In this document: piece after piece, positions 13,968 to 26,692 of the stretch
How the letters are laid out: every line of letters begins with the position of its first letter
Position numbering within the stretch: the stretch's first letter is position 1
Source: Escherichia coli
GTDB taxonomy: Bacteria > Pseudomonadota > Gammaproteobacteria > Enterobacterales > Enterobacteriaceae
DNA length: 64,000 nucleotides
Direction: 5' to 3' (one strand)
Assembly (NCBI RefSeq): GCF_024700885.2
Contig: NZ_CP117016.1
Made by a program: the position numbers and the translations under genes
Notes under the pieces: generated by a model
What the model was told of the DNA's origin: nothing
What the model saw: only the letters and a program-made list of their open reading frames with translations
Database searches by the model: none

Positions 13968-14519
13968 TTACAATTTTTTAATTATTCTGGCTGGATTACC
14001 GCCCACGACAACGTTGTCCGGGACATCTTTTGTGACAACTGCACCTGAGGCTACCACGACGTTATCACCAATGGTCACACCAGGGTTAATGACCGCGCGT
14101 CCGCCAATCCAGACGTTATTACCGATGGTGACGGGTTTCCCCAGTTCAGCACCGCTATTACGTGCTACAGGGTCGATGGGATGTGTTGCCGTGTAGATAT
14201 GAACGCCTGGTGCCAACATACAGTTATCACCGATGCGAATAGGGCAGACATCAAGCATCACGCAATCGAAGTTGGCGAAAAAATTATTGCCGAGAAAAAT
14301 GTTATAGCCATAATCACAGCGAAACGTTGGCTCAATATAAGCCTCTGTCACCTGACCGAATAAATCAGCGAGAATTTGCTGGCGTAATGTGTGCTCTTCC
14401 GCCAGGGAATGATTGTATCGGTGAATAAGCTGACGAGCGCGCAGGCGATCGCGAGATAACGTCTCATCTGCCGAGCGATACAACTCACCAGCAATCATCT
14501 TTTCTTTTTCTGTGCTCAT
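13968..14519 (-). CDS. maa: Maltose O-acetyltransferase (hexapeptide-repeat acyltransferase)
   Basis: 183-aa ORF with left-handed beta-helix hexapeptide repeats ([16 protein letters not shown]). Confidence 0.93.
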
Positions 14520-14690
14520 TACTGACCTCCGGTTGCTGAAAATGCGGCAACACAGTAAGACGAAAAGTCAGTGAAGAGAACGTTCCCATTACATCTGTGT
14601 GATAAAGATCACATAGGGTATGTCTTCATGGCGAAAAAGTATAAAATTCTTAATAAACAGCCGGTTATAGCTCCGAAAGCGAATTATTTA

Positions 14691-14909
14691 TTAGCGAATA
14701 AATTTCCATACTGAGGAAGGGATCTTGTCGTACAGTTTATTCATGGTCAATTCGGCGAGGCGGTGATCTGCGGCTGAGTAAAATACCGCCAGTTCATTAT
14801 CTGATAATTCGTATTTATTTTTCTCGATAACACGCTCCAGCGTGTCAATTGTCTGGCAACGACGTAAACGCATTAAATAATCGGTTTTCGTTAAAGGTTT
14901 TTCGGACAT
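14691..14909 (-). CDS. hha: Hemolysin expression modulator Hha (H-NS co-regulator)
   Basis: 72-aa product [72 protein letters not shown]; start ATG 14909 within longer track ORF 14691..15155. Confidence 0.95.
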
Positions 14910-14934
14910 ACTTCTACCCATGGTTGTAATAATT

Positions 14935-15309
14935 CTAACAAGATAAACTCGCAGGATTCTCTTTCGTCGCATTGACAAAACAACGGAATAGTCGATTACC
15001 TGACTTCCGCCATTTCTGAAGATCCTGCATATTAATACCATAACTGCTGAACAACATAAAGGTGTCATCCAGATATTCGTCGATCTGCTCAATGAGCTTA
15101 TTGTCTTCATTATACTTAATTTTGTAATTAAGTGCGAAGGTCGCAATATGCTCAATCAGTTCATTCAACTGGAGGTTGATCGCCGAGGTTGGGTCGTTAA
15201 CCCAGCCATGATTGCTTTCTTCAAGGTTTGCAAGACAGTCATGATACAGGGTTTCACAGAGAAACTTAAGCTGTGCGATATCATGTCTTTTGGGTGAGTA
15301 TTCATCCAT
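14935..15309 (-). CDS. tomB: Hha toxicity modulator TomB (YbaJ)
   Basis: 124-aa ORF immediately upstream of hha in the same orientation (tomB-hha operon). Confidence 0.93.
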
Positions 15310-15812
15310 AACGCGTCCCCTTCTTAGTGGTTGAACTAACGGACACCTTTCGGGATGGAAAAAACTTACTGACCTGGACTTGCCCTCTCGTTTGTTAGCT
15401 TAACTATAAGCCACTCTTTGCAGGTTTTCATCGCATTATTACGAAAAATTACAATTAGGAAGGAAGCGGGACAGGACTTACTTTTTCATACTAGCACTAA
15501 CCCGCAGCAGGTAAAAGCAGTTTGCTCGAACTGTTCATAACATTTCAGGATTATCGCCAGATGAAATTGGTAACACTAATACCAGGATTGCTCTGAATAT
15601 GACGTAATAACCGAGGAATGAATAAAGAATTACCGCAAATAATTAAGAATAGCCTCTAAATGATTATGGATTATTAAATCTATTAGCGCTACTTAATATA
15701 AATTAACTAACAATCAGTATTTTTTATGAATTTTAAACGTGTTTAATACTGGTTTTCGTATGAGATCCTGAGTTGGTGGTTCAATGACTTCTTAATGTTC
15801 GTCGGTTATGCA

Positions 15813-15835
15813 TAAAAAAGGCCGCTTGCGCGGCC
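15813..15835 (-). terminator. Rho-independent terminator of acrAB
   Basis: On the minus strand, hairpin GGCCGC-GCAA-GCGGCC followed by TTTTTT, just downstream of the acrB stop. Confidence 0.75.
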
Positions 15836-15854
15836 TTTGTGATTACACGTTGTA

Positions 15855-19007
<3,153 letters not shown>

Positions 19008-19026
19008 TTAACGGCTCCTGTTTAAG

Positions 19027-20220
19027 TTAAGACTTGGACTGTTCAGGCTGAGCACCGCTTGCGGCTTGCTGGTTATTATCAGCGGTAACTTCTTGTGCTT
19101 TTACCTGGACACCAGGACGCACTTTCTGCAGCCCACTTATTACTACGCGATCGCCTGCTTTCAGACCTTCTGTCACCAGCCACTTATCGCCGATAGCCTG
19201 GCTTGCAACGATCGGACGGGTTTCCACTTTGTCATCCGCGCCAACCACCAGTACGGTGGCATCGCCACGCGGCGTACGGGTTACGCCCTGTTGCGGGACT
19301 AAAATAGCGTTTGGATTAAGCCCTTCTTCCAGACGTGCACGTACGAACATACCCGGCAGCAGAGTGTGATCCGGGTTCGGGAAGATAGCGCGTAGGGTGA
19401 TAGACCCAGTGGTCTGATCAACGGTAACGTCAGAGAATTCCAGCGTACCGTCCTGCGGGAACTTAATGCCGTCACTGGTGATCAGCGACACTTTGGCTTT
19501 GCCGTTCTCTTGTTTCAGCGTGCCATTTGCCAGTTCCTGTTTCAGGCGCAGGAAGTCGTTGCTGGACTGGGTCACATCAACGTAGATCGGATCAAGTTGC
19601 TGCACGGTTGCCAGCGCAGTCGCCTGACCGTTCTGTACCAATGCGCCTTCCGTCACGTTCGACTTACCAATGCGACCGCTAATCGGAGAGGTAACTTTGG
19701 TGTAAGCCAGATTGATCCGCGCAGTTTCAACGGCAGCTTTCGCCGCAGTTACCGCAGCATTCGCCTGTTGCGCATCAGCCAGAGCCTGATCGTACTCTTG
19801 CTTACTGATGTACTGAGTACCGAGCAATTTCTGATAACGATTCACCGTCAATTGCGCGATATTGGCTGCAGCCTGGGCTTTCGCCAGATCGCCTTTCGCG
19901 CTGTCGTATGCCGCCTGATAGGTCGCAGGATCAATCTGATAGAGAGAGACACCTGCTTCGATGTCGCTACCTTCTTTGAAATTACGCTTCAGGATAATCC
20001 CGCTAACTTGAGGACGAACTTCTGCGATCCGGTAGGCACTGGTGCGACCCGGAAGCTCGGTTGTGATCTGCAGAGGTTCAGTTTTGACTGTTACTACGCC
20101 AACGGCGGGCATCTGCTGGCCACCTTGTTGGGCCTGTTTGTCGTCACATCCTGTTAGGGCTAAGCTGCCTGAGAGCATCAGAACGACCGCCAGAGGCGTA
20201 AACCCTCTGTTTTTGTTCAT
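19027..20220 (-). CDS. acrA: RND efflux periplasmic adaptor (membrane fusion lipoprotein) AcrA
   Basis: Track ORF 19027..20256; start set at ATG 20220 (MNKNRGFTPLAVVLMLSGSLALTGCDD, lipobox; 397 aa). Confidence 0.95.
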   Translation of the reverse strand: MNKNRGFTPLAVVLMLSGSLALTGCDDKQAQQGGQQMPAVGVVTVKTEPLQITTELPGRTSAYRIAEVRPQVSGIILKRNFKEGSDIEAGVSLYQIDPATYQAAYDSAKGDLAKAQAAANIAQLTVNRYQKLLGTQYISKQEYDQALADAQQANAAVTAAKAAVETARINLAYTKVTSPISGRIGKSNVTEGALVQNGQATALATVQQLDPIYVDVTQSSNDFLRLKQELANGTLKQENGKAKVSLITSDGIKFPQDGTLEFSDVTVDQTTGSITLRAIFPNPDHTLLPGMFVRARLEEGLNPNAILVPQQGVTRTPRGDATVLVVGADDKVETRPIVASQAIGDKWLVTEGLKAGDRVVISGLQKVRPGVQVKAQEVTADNNQQAASGAQPEQSKS

Positions 20221-20309
20221 ATGTAAACCTCGAGTGTCCGATTTCAAATTGGTCAATGGTCAAAAGTTAATAAACCCATTGCTGCGTTTATATTATCGTC
20301 GTGCTATGG

Positions 20310-20333
20310 TACATACATTCACAAATGTATGTA
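20310..20333. promoter_or_regulatory. AcrR operator (24-bp palindrome) in the acrR-acrAB divergent promoter region
   Basis: TACATACATTCACAAATGTATGTA is a perfect inverted repeat and is the reverse complement of the recalled AcrR operator TACATACATTTGTGAATGTATGTA. Confidence 0.9.
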
Positions 20334-20361
20334 AATCTAACGCCTGTAAATTCACGAACAT

Positions 20362-21009
20362 ATGGCACGAAAAACCAAACAAGAAGCGCAAGAAACGCGC
20401 CAACACATCCTCGATGTGGCTCTACGTCTTTTCTCACAGCAGGGGGTATCATCCACCTCGCTGGGCGAGATTGCAAAAGCAGCTGGCGTTACGCGCGGTG
20501 CAATCTACTGGCATTTTAAAGACAAGTCGGATTTGTTCAGTGAGATCTGGGAACTGTCAGAATCCAATATTGGTGAACTAGAGCTTGAGTATCAGGCAAA
20601 ATTCCCTGGCGATCCACTCTCAGTATTAAGAGAGATATTAATTCATGTTCTTGAATCCACGGTGACAGAAGAACGGCGTCGATTATTGATGGAGATTATA
20701 TTCCACAAATGCGAATTTGTCGGAGAAATGGCTGTTGTGCAACAGGCACAACGTAATCTCTGTCTGGAAAGTTATGACCGTATAGAACAAACGTTAAAAC
20801 ATTGTATTGAAGCGAAAATGTTGCCTGCGGATTTAATGACGCGTCGCGCAGCAATTATTATGCGCGGCTATATTTCCGGCCTGATGGAAAACTGGCTCTT
20901 TGCCCCGCAATCTTTTGATCTTAAAAAAGAAGCCCGCGATTACGTTGCCATCTTACTGGAGATGTATCTCCTGTGCCCCACGCTTCGTAATCCTGCCACT
21001 AACGAATAA
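20362..21009 (+). CDS. acrR: TetR-family repressor AcrR
   Basis: 215-aa ORF with N-terminal TetR HTH ([32 protein letters not shown]). Confidence 0.95.
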
Positions 21010-21136
21010 CCCTGAATCTGACTCCAGGATTTTTCCTGGACATTTTCGTCGTTGCTATTCTGGTTCACTGCGTCGTGATATTCTTGCGGTTTGACTTTTT
21101 CAGGTCGTTCTTCAGGTTCAGAAACCTTCATTCATC

Positions 21137-24100
21137 ATGACTATGTTCCAGTATTACAAACGATCACGGCATTTTGTTTTTTCAGCATTTATTGCTTTTG
21201 TTTTTGTCTTGTTATGCCAGAACACGGCGTTTGCGCGGGCGTCATCGAATGGTGATCTGCCGACAAAAGCGGACCTGCAGGCGCAACTTGACTCACTAAA
21301 TAAACAAAAAGATCTTTCTGCTCAGGACAAACTGGTGCAGCAGGATCTGACAGATACATTAGCCACCCTCGATAAAATCGATCGCGTAAAAGAAGAGACA
21401 GTTCAGCTACGGCAAAAAGTCGCTGAAGCGCCGGAAAAAATGCGCCAGGCGACCGCGGCGTTAACAGCACTTAGCGATGTCGATAACGACGAAGAAACGC
21501 GCAAAATTCTGAGCACGCTTTCGTTGCGCCAGCTGGAAACTCGCGTTGCCCAGGCGCTGGACGATTTGCAAAACGCACAAAACGATCTGGCGTCTTATAA
21601 CAGCCAGCTGGTTTCGTTACAGACGCAGCCCGAACGCGTGCAAAATGCGATGTATAACGCTTCGCAGCAGCTGCAACAAATTCGCAGTCGTCTGGATGGG
21701 ACTGATGTCGGCGAGACTGCCTTACGTCCCAGCCAGAAAGTGTTAATGCAGGCTCAGCAGGCTTTGCTGAATGCCGAGATTGACCAGCAGCGTAAAAGCC
21801 TGGAAGGGAACACAGTCTTACAGGATACCTTGCAAAAGCAACGGGATTACGTGACGGCGAACAGCGCCCGTCTGGAGCATCAGTTGCAGCTGTTGCAAGA
21901 AGCAGTAAACAGCAAGCGCCTGACTTTAACCGAAAAAACGGCGCAGGAAGCCGTCTCCCCGGATGAAGCCGCGCGTATTCAGGCTAATCCGCTGGTGAAG
22001 CAGGAACTGGAAATTAACCAGCAGTTAAGTCAGCGTCTGATTACCGCGACTGAAAACGGTAATCAGTTGATGCAGCAAAACATTAAAGTCAAAAACTGGC
22101 TGGAGCGGGCGCTGCAATCGGAACGCAATATTAAAGAGCAGATTGCCGTCCTGAAGGGCAGCCTGCTGTTGTCTCGTATCCTTTACCAGCAACAACAAAC
22201 GCTGCCCTCGGCGGATGAACTGGAAAACATGACCAACCGCATCGCGGATTTGCGTCTCGAACAGTTTGAAGTCAACCAGCAGCGTGATGCACTCTTCCAG
22301 AGCGATGCGTTCGTCAACAAACTGGAAGAAGGTCACGCCAACGAAGTCAACAGCGAAGTTCACGATGCGTTATTGCAAGTGGTTGATATGCGTCGCGAAT
22401 TGCTGGATCAGCTTAACAAACAGTTGGGTAACCAGCTGATGATGGCCATTAACCTGCAAATCAACCAGCAGCAGTTGATGAGTGTGTCGAAAAACCTGAA
22501 ATCCATCCTGACTCAGCAAATCTTTTGGGTGAACAGTAACCGTCCAATGGACTGGGACTGGATCAAAGCGTTCCCACAAAGCCTGAAAGATGAATTTAAG
22601 TCGATGAAAATCACGGTGAACTGGGAAAAAGCCTGGCCTGCCGTTTTTATCGCTTTCCTCGCCGGTTTGCCGCTGCTGTTGATTGCCGGGCTGATCCACT
22701 GGCGTCTGGGCTGGCTGAAAGCGTATCAACAAAAACTGGCTTCCGCTGTGGGTTCCCTGCGTAACGACAGCCAGCTCAACACACCAAAAGCGATCCTTAT
22801 CGACCTGATCCGTGCGCTGCCGGTGTGCCTGATTATTCTCGCGGTTGGCCTGATTCTGTTGACCATGCAGCTCAACATCAGCGAACTGCTATGGTCGTTC
22901 AGTAAAAAACTGGCGATTTTCTGGCTGGTGTTTGGCCTGTGCTGGAAGGTACTGGAGAAAAACGGCGTTGCCGTGCGTCACTTTGGTATGCCGGAACAGC
23001 AGACCAGCCACTGGCGTCGGCAAATTGTCCGCATCAGTCTCGCATTGCTGCCTATCCATTTCTGGTCTGTGGTGGCAGAACTTTCCCCGCTGCATCTGAT
23101 GGATGATGTGCTGGGGCAGGCGATGATTTTCTTCAACCTGCTGCTGATTGCCTTCCTGGTATGGCCGATGTGCCGCGAAAGCTGGCGTGATAAAGAGTCG
23201 CACACCATGCGACTGGTCACCATTACCGTACTGTCGATTATCCCGATTGCGTTGATGGTGCTGACCGCCACGGGTTATTTCTACACCACGCTGCGCCTCT
23301 CCGGGCGTTGGATTGAAACCGTTTATTTGGTGATCATCTGGAACCTGCTGTACCAGACGGTATTGCGCGGCTTAAGCGTAGCGGCGCGGCGTATCGCCTG
23401 GCGTCGTGCGCTGGCGCGTCGGCAGAATCTGGTGAAAGAGGGCGCAGAAGGTGCCGAACCGCCGGAAGAACCCACCATTGCACTGGAGCAGGTTAACCAG
23501 CAGACGCTGCGTATTACCATGTTGCTGATGTTTGCGCTGTTCGGTGTCATGTTCTGGGCAATTTGGTCCGATTTGATCACCGTGTTCAGCTATCTGGACA
23601 GCATCACGCTCTGGCATTACAACGGTACTGAAGCTGGTGCTGCGGTGGTGAAAAACGTCACCATGGGCAGTCTGTTGTTTGCGATTATCGCCTCAATGGT
23701 GGCCTGGGCGTTGATTCGCAACCTGCCTGGTTTGCTGGAAGTGCTGGTGCTCTCGCGACTGAATATGCGCCAGGGCGCGTCGTATGCCATTACTACCATC
23801 CTTAACTACATCATTATTGCCGTTGGTGCGATGACGGTGTTCGGATCGCTGGGCGTCTCGTGGGATAAACTCCAGTGGCTGGCCGCAGCATTATCCGTAG
23901 GTCTTGGTTTTGGTTTACAAGAAATTTTTGGTAACTTCGTCTCCGGTTTGATCATTCTGTTCGAACGTCCGGTGCGTATTGGCGATACGGTAACCATTGG
24001 TAGCTTCTCGGGGACAGTAAGTAAGATCCGTATTCGTGCGACAACGATTACCGATTTCGATCGCAAAGAAGTGATCATCCCGAATAAAGCGTTTGTTACC

Positions 24101-24499
24101 GAGCGTCTGATCAACTGGTCGTTGACTGACACTACTACGCGTCTGGTGATCCGTCTCGGCGTGGCCTATGGCTCCGATCTGGAAAAAGTGCGTAAAGTGT
24201 TACTGAAGGCGGCGACTGAGCACCCAAGGGTGATGCACGAACCAATGCCGGAAGTCTTCTTTACGGCGTTTGGTGCCAGCACGTTGGATCATGAGCTGCG
24301 TCTGTATGTGCGTGAACTGCGTGACCGTAGCCGTACTGTCGATGAGCTGAACCGTACTATCGATCAGCTGTGCCGTGAAAACGACATCAACATTGCCTTT
24401 AACCAGCTTGAAGTGCATCTGCACAACGAGAAGGGCGATGAGGTGACGGAAGTAAAACGCGACTACAAAGGCGACGATCCGACACCAGCGGTTGGGTAA
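21137..24499 (+). CDS. mscK: Potassium-dependent mechanosensitive channel MscK (KefA)
   Basis: 1120-aa ORF: signal peptide, long coiled-coil periplasmic region, multiple TM helices, C-terminal MscS-like domain. Confidence 0.95.
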   Translation: MTMFQYYKRSRHFVFSAFIAFVFVLLCQNTAFARASSNGDLPTKADLQAQLDSLNKQKDLSAQDKLVQQDLTDTLATLDKIDRVKEETVQLRQKVAEAPEKMRQATAALTALSDVDNDEETRKILSTLSLRQLETRVAQALDDLQNAQNDLASYNSQLVSLQTQPERVQNAMYNASQQLQQIRSRLDGTDVGETALRPSQKVLMQAQQALLNAEIDQQRKSLEGNTVLQDTLQKQRDYVTANSARLEHQLQLLQEAVNSKRLTLTEKTAQEAVSPDEAARIQANPLVKQELEINQQLSQRLITATENGNQLMQQNIKVKNWLERALQSERNIKEQIAVLKGSLLLSRILYQQQQTLPSADELENMTNRIADLRLEQFEVNQQRDALFQSDAFVNKLEEGHANEVNSEVHDALLQVVDMRRELLDQLNKQLGNQLMMAINLQINQQQLMSVSKNLKSILTQQIFWVNSNRPMDWDWIKAFPQSLKDEFKSMKITVNWEKAWPAVFIAFLAGLPLLLIAGLIHWRLGWLKAYQQKLASAVGSLRNDSQLNTPKAILIDLIRALPVCLIILAVGLILLTMQLNISELLWSFSKKLAIFWLVFGLCWKVLEKNGVAVRHFGMPEQQTSHWRRQIVRISLALLPIHFWSVVAELSPLHLMDDVLGQAMIFFNLLLIAFLVWPMCRESWRDKESHTMRLVTITVLSIIPIALMVLTATGYFYTTLRLSGRWIETVYLVIIWNLLYQTVLRGLSVAARRIAWRRALARRQNLVKEGAEGAEPPEEPTIALEQVNQQTLRITMLLMFALFGVMFWAIWSDLITVFSYLDSITLWHYNGTEAGAAVVKNVTMGSLLFAIIASMVAWALIRNLPGLLEVLVLSRLNMRQGASYAITTILNYIIIAVGAMTVFGSLGVSWDKLQWLAAALSVGLGFGLQEIFGNFVSGLIILFERPVRIGDTVTIGSFSGTVSKIRIRATTITDFDRKEVIIPNKAFVTERLINWSLTDTTTRLVIRLGVAYGSDLEKVRKVLLKAATEHPRVMHEPMPEVFFTAFGASTLDHELRLYVRELRDRSRTVDELNRTIDQLCRENDINIAFNQLEVHLHNEKGDEVTEVKRDYKGDDPTPAVG

Positions 24500-24557
24500 T
24501 AACCAAAGGGGGCGACATTTAGTTGCCCCGAGATTACTGACAAAGTGCGCGTTGTTC

Positions 24558-24657
24558 ATGCCGGATGCGGCGTGACCGCCTTATCCGGCCTACGGAACCG
24601 CAAGAATTCAATATATTGCAGGAGCGGTGTAGGCCTGATAAGCGTAGCGCATCAGGC
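24558..24657. repeat. REP/BIME element (two inverted REP copies)
   Basis: GCCGGATGCGGCGTGACCGCCTTATCCGGCCTAC and GTAGGCCTGATAAGCGTAGCGCATCAGGC are classical E. coli REP palindromes, between mscK and ybaM. Confidence 0.85.
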
Positions 24658-24710
24658 AGTTTTGCGTTTGCCCACAATCTTAGGGGACATTTAGCGGCCC
24701 CATTTATTTC

Positions 24711-24872
24711 TCACTTTTCCGCCTCATCATCGCGCGTTAATTTCTTTTCATAATCGCGTTTTACAATATCCAGCGCGCGCAGCACGGTGCGGGTTGGGAT
24801 CTGATTTTCTTCCAGCAGCACAATCAAATCGACAGCCAGTTTGACATCGTCAGGGGCATTTTCCAGTGACAT
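24711..24872 (-). CDS. ybaM: Small protein YbaM (DUF2496), 53 aa
   Basis: Below the track's 60-aa cut-off; found manually: [56 protein letters not shown] at 24872, stop at 24711; immediately upstream of priC. Confidence 0.8.
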   Translation of the reverse strand: MSLENAPDDVKLAVDLIVLLEENQIPTRTVLRALDIVKRDYEKKLTRDDEAEK

Positions 24873-24885
24873 ACTCTCTCCATTG

Positions 24886-25413
24886 CTAGCGGGTTAAGCG
24901 CGCTAGCCTGTTTTCGATTTTTTCCAGCGCATGGCGGCAGCGTGCCAGGCGCGCTTCATAGGCTTCCACTTCACGATGCAGCGTTTGCTGTTCCACGAGA
25001 TCGGTCACCCGCGCCAGGCGGGCTCTGCGTTCGGCAACCATCTCACGTAGCCGCCGCTCAAAATCCTGATGCTGAATACGTTTACGCTGCCAGCGGGCAA
25101 TTTTCGGTGGTGCGCTATCCCACTCGCGCAATGACCAGGCGGAGGCTTCACGCGCGATGGCTTCCAGTTGTGCCGCCAGATGTTCTGCCAGCCAGGCCAC
25201 TTGCGGCAGCTGTTGCTGCTCAACCGCATGACGAAGCGCAGCCATGTTATCGCCCGCCTCATCGAGACAAGCCTGCAGTGTTGTCGCACGAGTCTGAAAA
25301 AGGTGCCTGTCAAAACGGGCACTTAGCGTGGCAAATTGCGCTACCGGGGCACAACGCTGACGCAGCGTAGCGAGCTGTCCTTCCAGTTTTTCCAGCAGCA
25401 GGGCGGTTTTCAC
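24886..25413 (-). CDS. priC: Primosomal replication protein N'' PriC
   Basis: 175-aa [43 protein letters not shown]... Confidence 0.92.
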   Translation of the reverse strand: MKTALLLEKLEGQLATLRQRCAPVAQFATLSARFDRHLFQTRATTLQACLDEAGDNMAALRHAVEQQQLPQVAWLAEHLAAQLEAIAREASAWSLREWDSAPPKIARWQRKRIQHQDFERRLREMVAERRARLARVTDLVEQQTLHREVEAYEARLARCRHALEKIENRLARLTR

Positions 25414-25482
25414 GATAAGACCTCAATGAAAATGATAATTGTTATGCTAAAGTAGCAACTCTGTAAGCTGACAACACTCAAT

Positions 25483-25860
25483 ATGCAACGAATCATTTTA
25501 ATCATCATTGGCTGGCTGGCGGTAGTGCTGGGTACGCTGGGCGTGGTATTACCGGTATTACCGACGACGCCGTTTATCCTGCTGGCGGCCTGGTGCTTTG
25601 CCCGTTCTTCCCCGCGCTTTCACGCCTGGTTGCTGTACCGCTCATGGTTTGGCAGCTATCTACGTTTCTGGCAGAAACATCATGCGATGCCGCGCGGCGT
25701 CAAACCGCGGGCGATTTTGCTTATTTTGCTCACGTTTGCCATTTCTCTGTGGTTCGTCCAGATGCCATGGGTGCGCATCATGTTGCTGGTAATTCTCGCC
25801 TGTTTGCTTTTTTATATGTGGCGAATTCCGGTGATTGATGAAAAGCAAGAAAAGCACTGA
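25483..25860 (+). CDS. ybaN: Inner membrane protein YbaN (DUF454)
   Basis: 125-aa ORF with hydrophobic TM segments. Confidence 0.88.
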
Positions 25861-26012
25861 AGCACAACAATCGCAGTTGCAATTATTGCGTACAGCCAGT
25901 ACATTCTGGCGTTTTCGAGCACAGGCGCAGGCGGTCAAAGGTTAAACAACTGTTACTTTTGATACGTTTAAAACGCGCCGTGAGTACCACCGTAACAAGC
26001 AGGCATACACTT

Positions 26013-26564
26013 ATGACCGCGACTGCACAGCAGCTTGAGTATCTCAAAAATAGCATCAAAAGCATTCAGGACTACCCAAAACCCGGCATTCTTTTCCGTG
26101 ATGTCACCAGCTTACTGGAAGACCCGAAAGCTTACGCTCTCAGCATCGACTTGCTGGTTGAGCGTTACAAAAATGCGGGCATTACCAAAGTTGTCGGCAC
26201 CGAAGCGCGTGGCTTCTTGTTTGGCGCTCCGGTAGCTCTGGGTCTGGGCGTTGGCTTTGTACCGGTCCGTAAACCGGGCAAACTGCCGCGTGAGACCATC
26301 AGTGAAACTTACGATCTGGAATACGGCACCGATCAGCTGGAAATCCACGTTGATGCCATCAAACCGGGCGACAAAGTTCTGGTGGTGGACGATCTGCTGG
26401 CAACCGGCGGCACTATCGAAGCGACCGTTAAACTGATCCGTCGTCTGGGTGGTGAAGTGGCTGATGCTGCGTTCATTATCAACCTGTTCGATCTCGGCGG
26501 CGAGCAGCGTCTCGAAAAACAGGGCATTACCAGCTACAGCCTAGTCCCGTTCCCGGGCCATTAA
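26013..26564 (+). CDS. apt: Adenine phosphoribosyltransferase
   Basis: Track ORF 25959..26564; start at ATG 26013 ([32 protein letters not shown]..., 183 aa); PRPP-binding motif [13 protein letters not shown]. Confidence 0.95.
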
Positions 26565-26692
26565 TTATCGCCAGTCTTGTGCTGCCCACGCTACGGACAG
26601 CACAAGATGTGCATTCAGCCTCGCCGTTCTGACGGGGCTGTGTTAGCATTACCCCTTCGTGAATCCACCTTCCAGCGTTTCAGAGCCTGCCA

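Noticed and set aside
15310-15812. Long (~500 bp) AT-rich non-coding region between tomB and acrB as a possible hidden gene or sRNA
   Set aside because: No ORF with RBS support and no recognisable RNA motif; consistent with the known long regulatory leader of the tomB-hha operon and the acrB 3' terminator region
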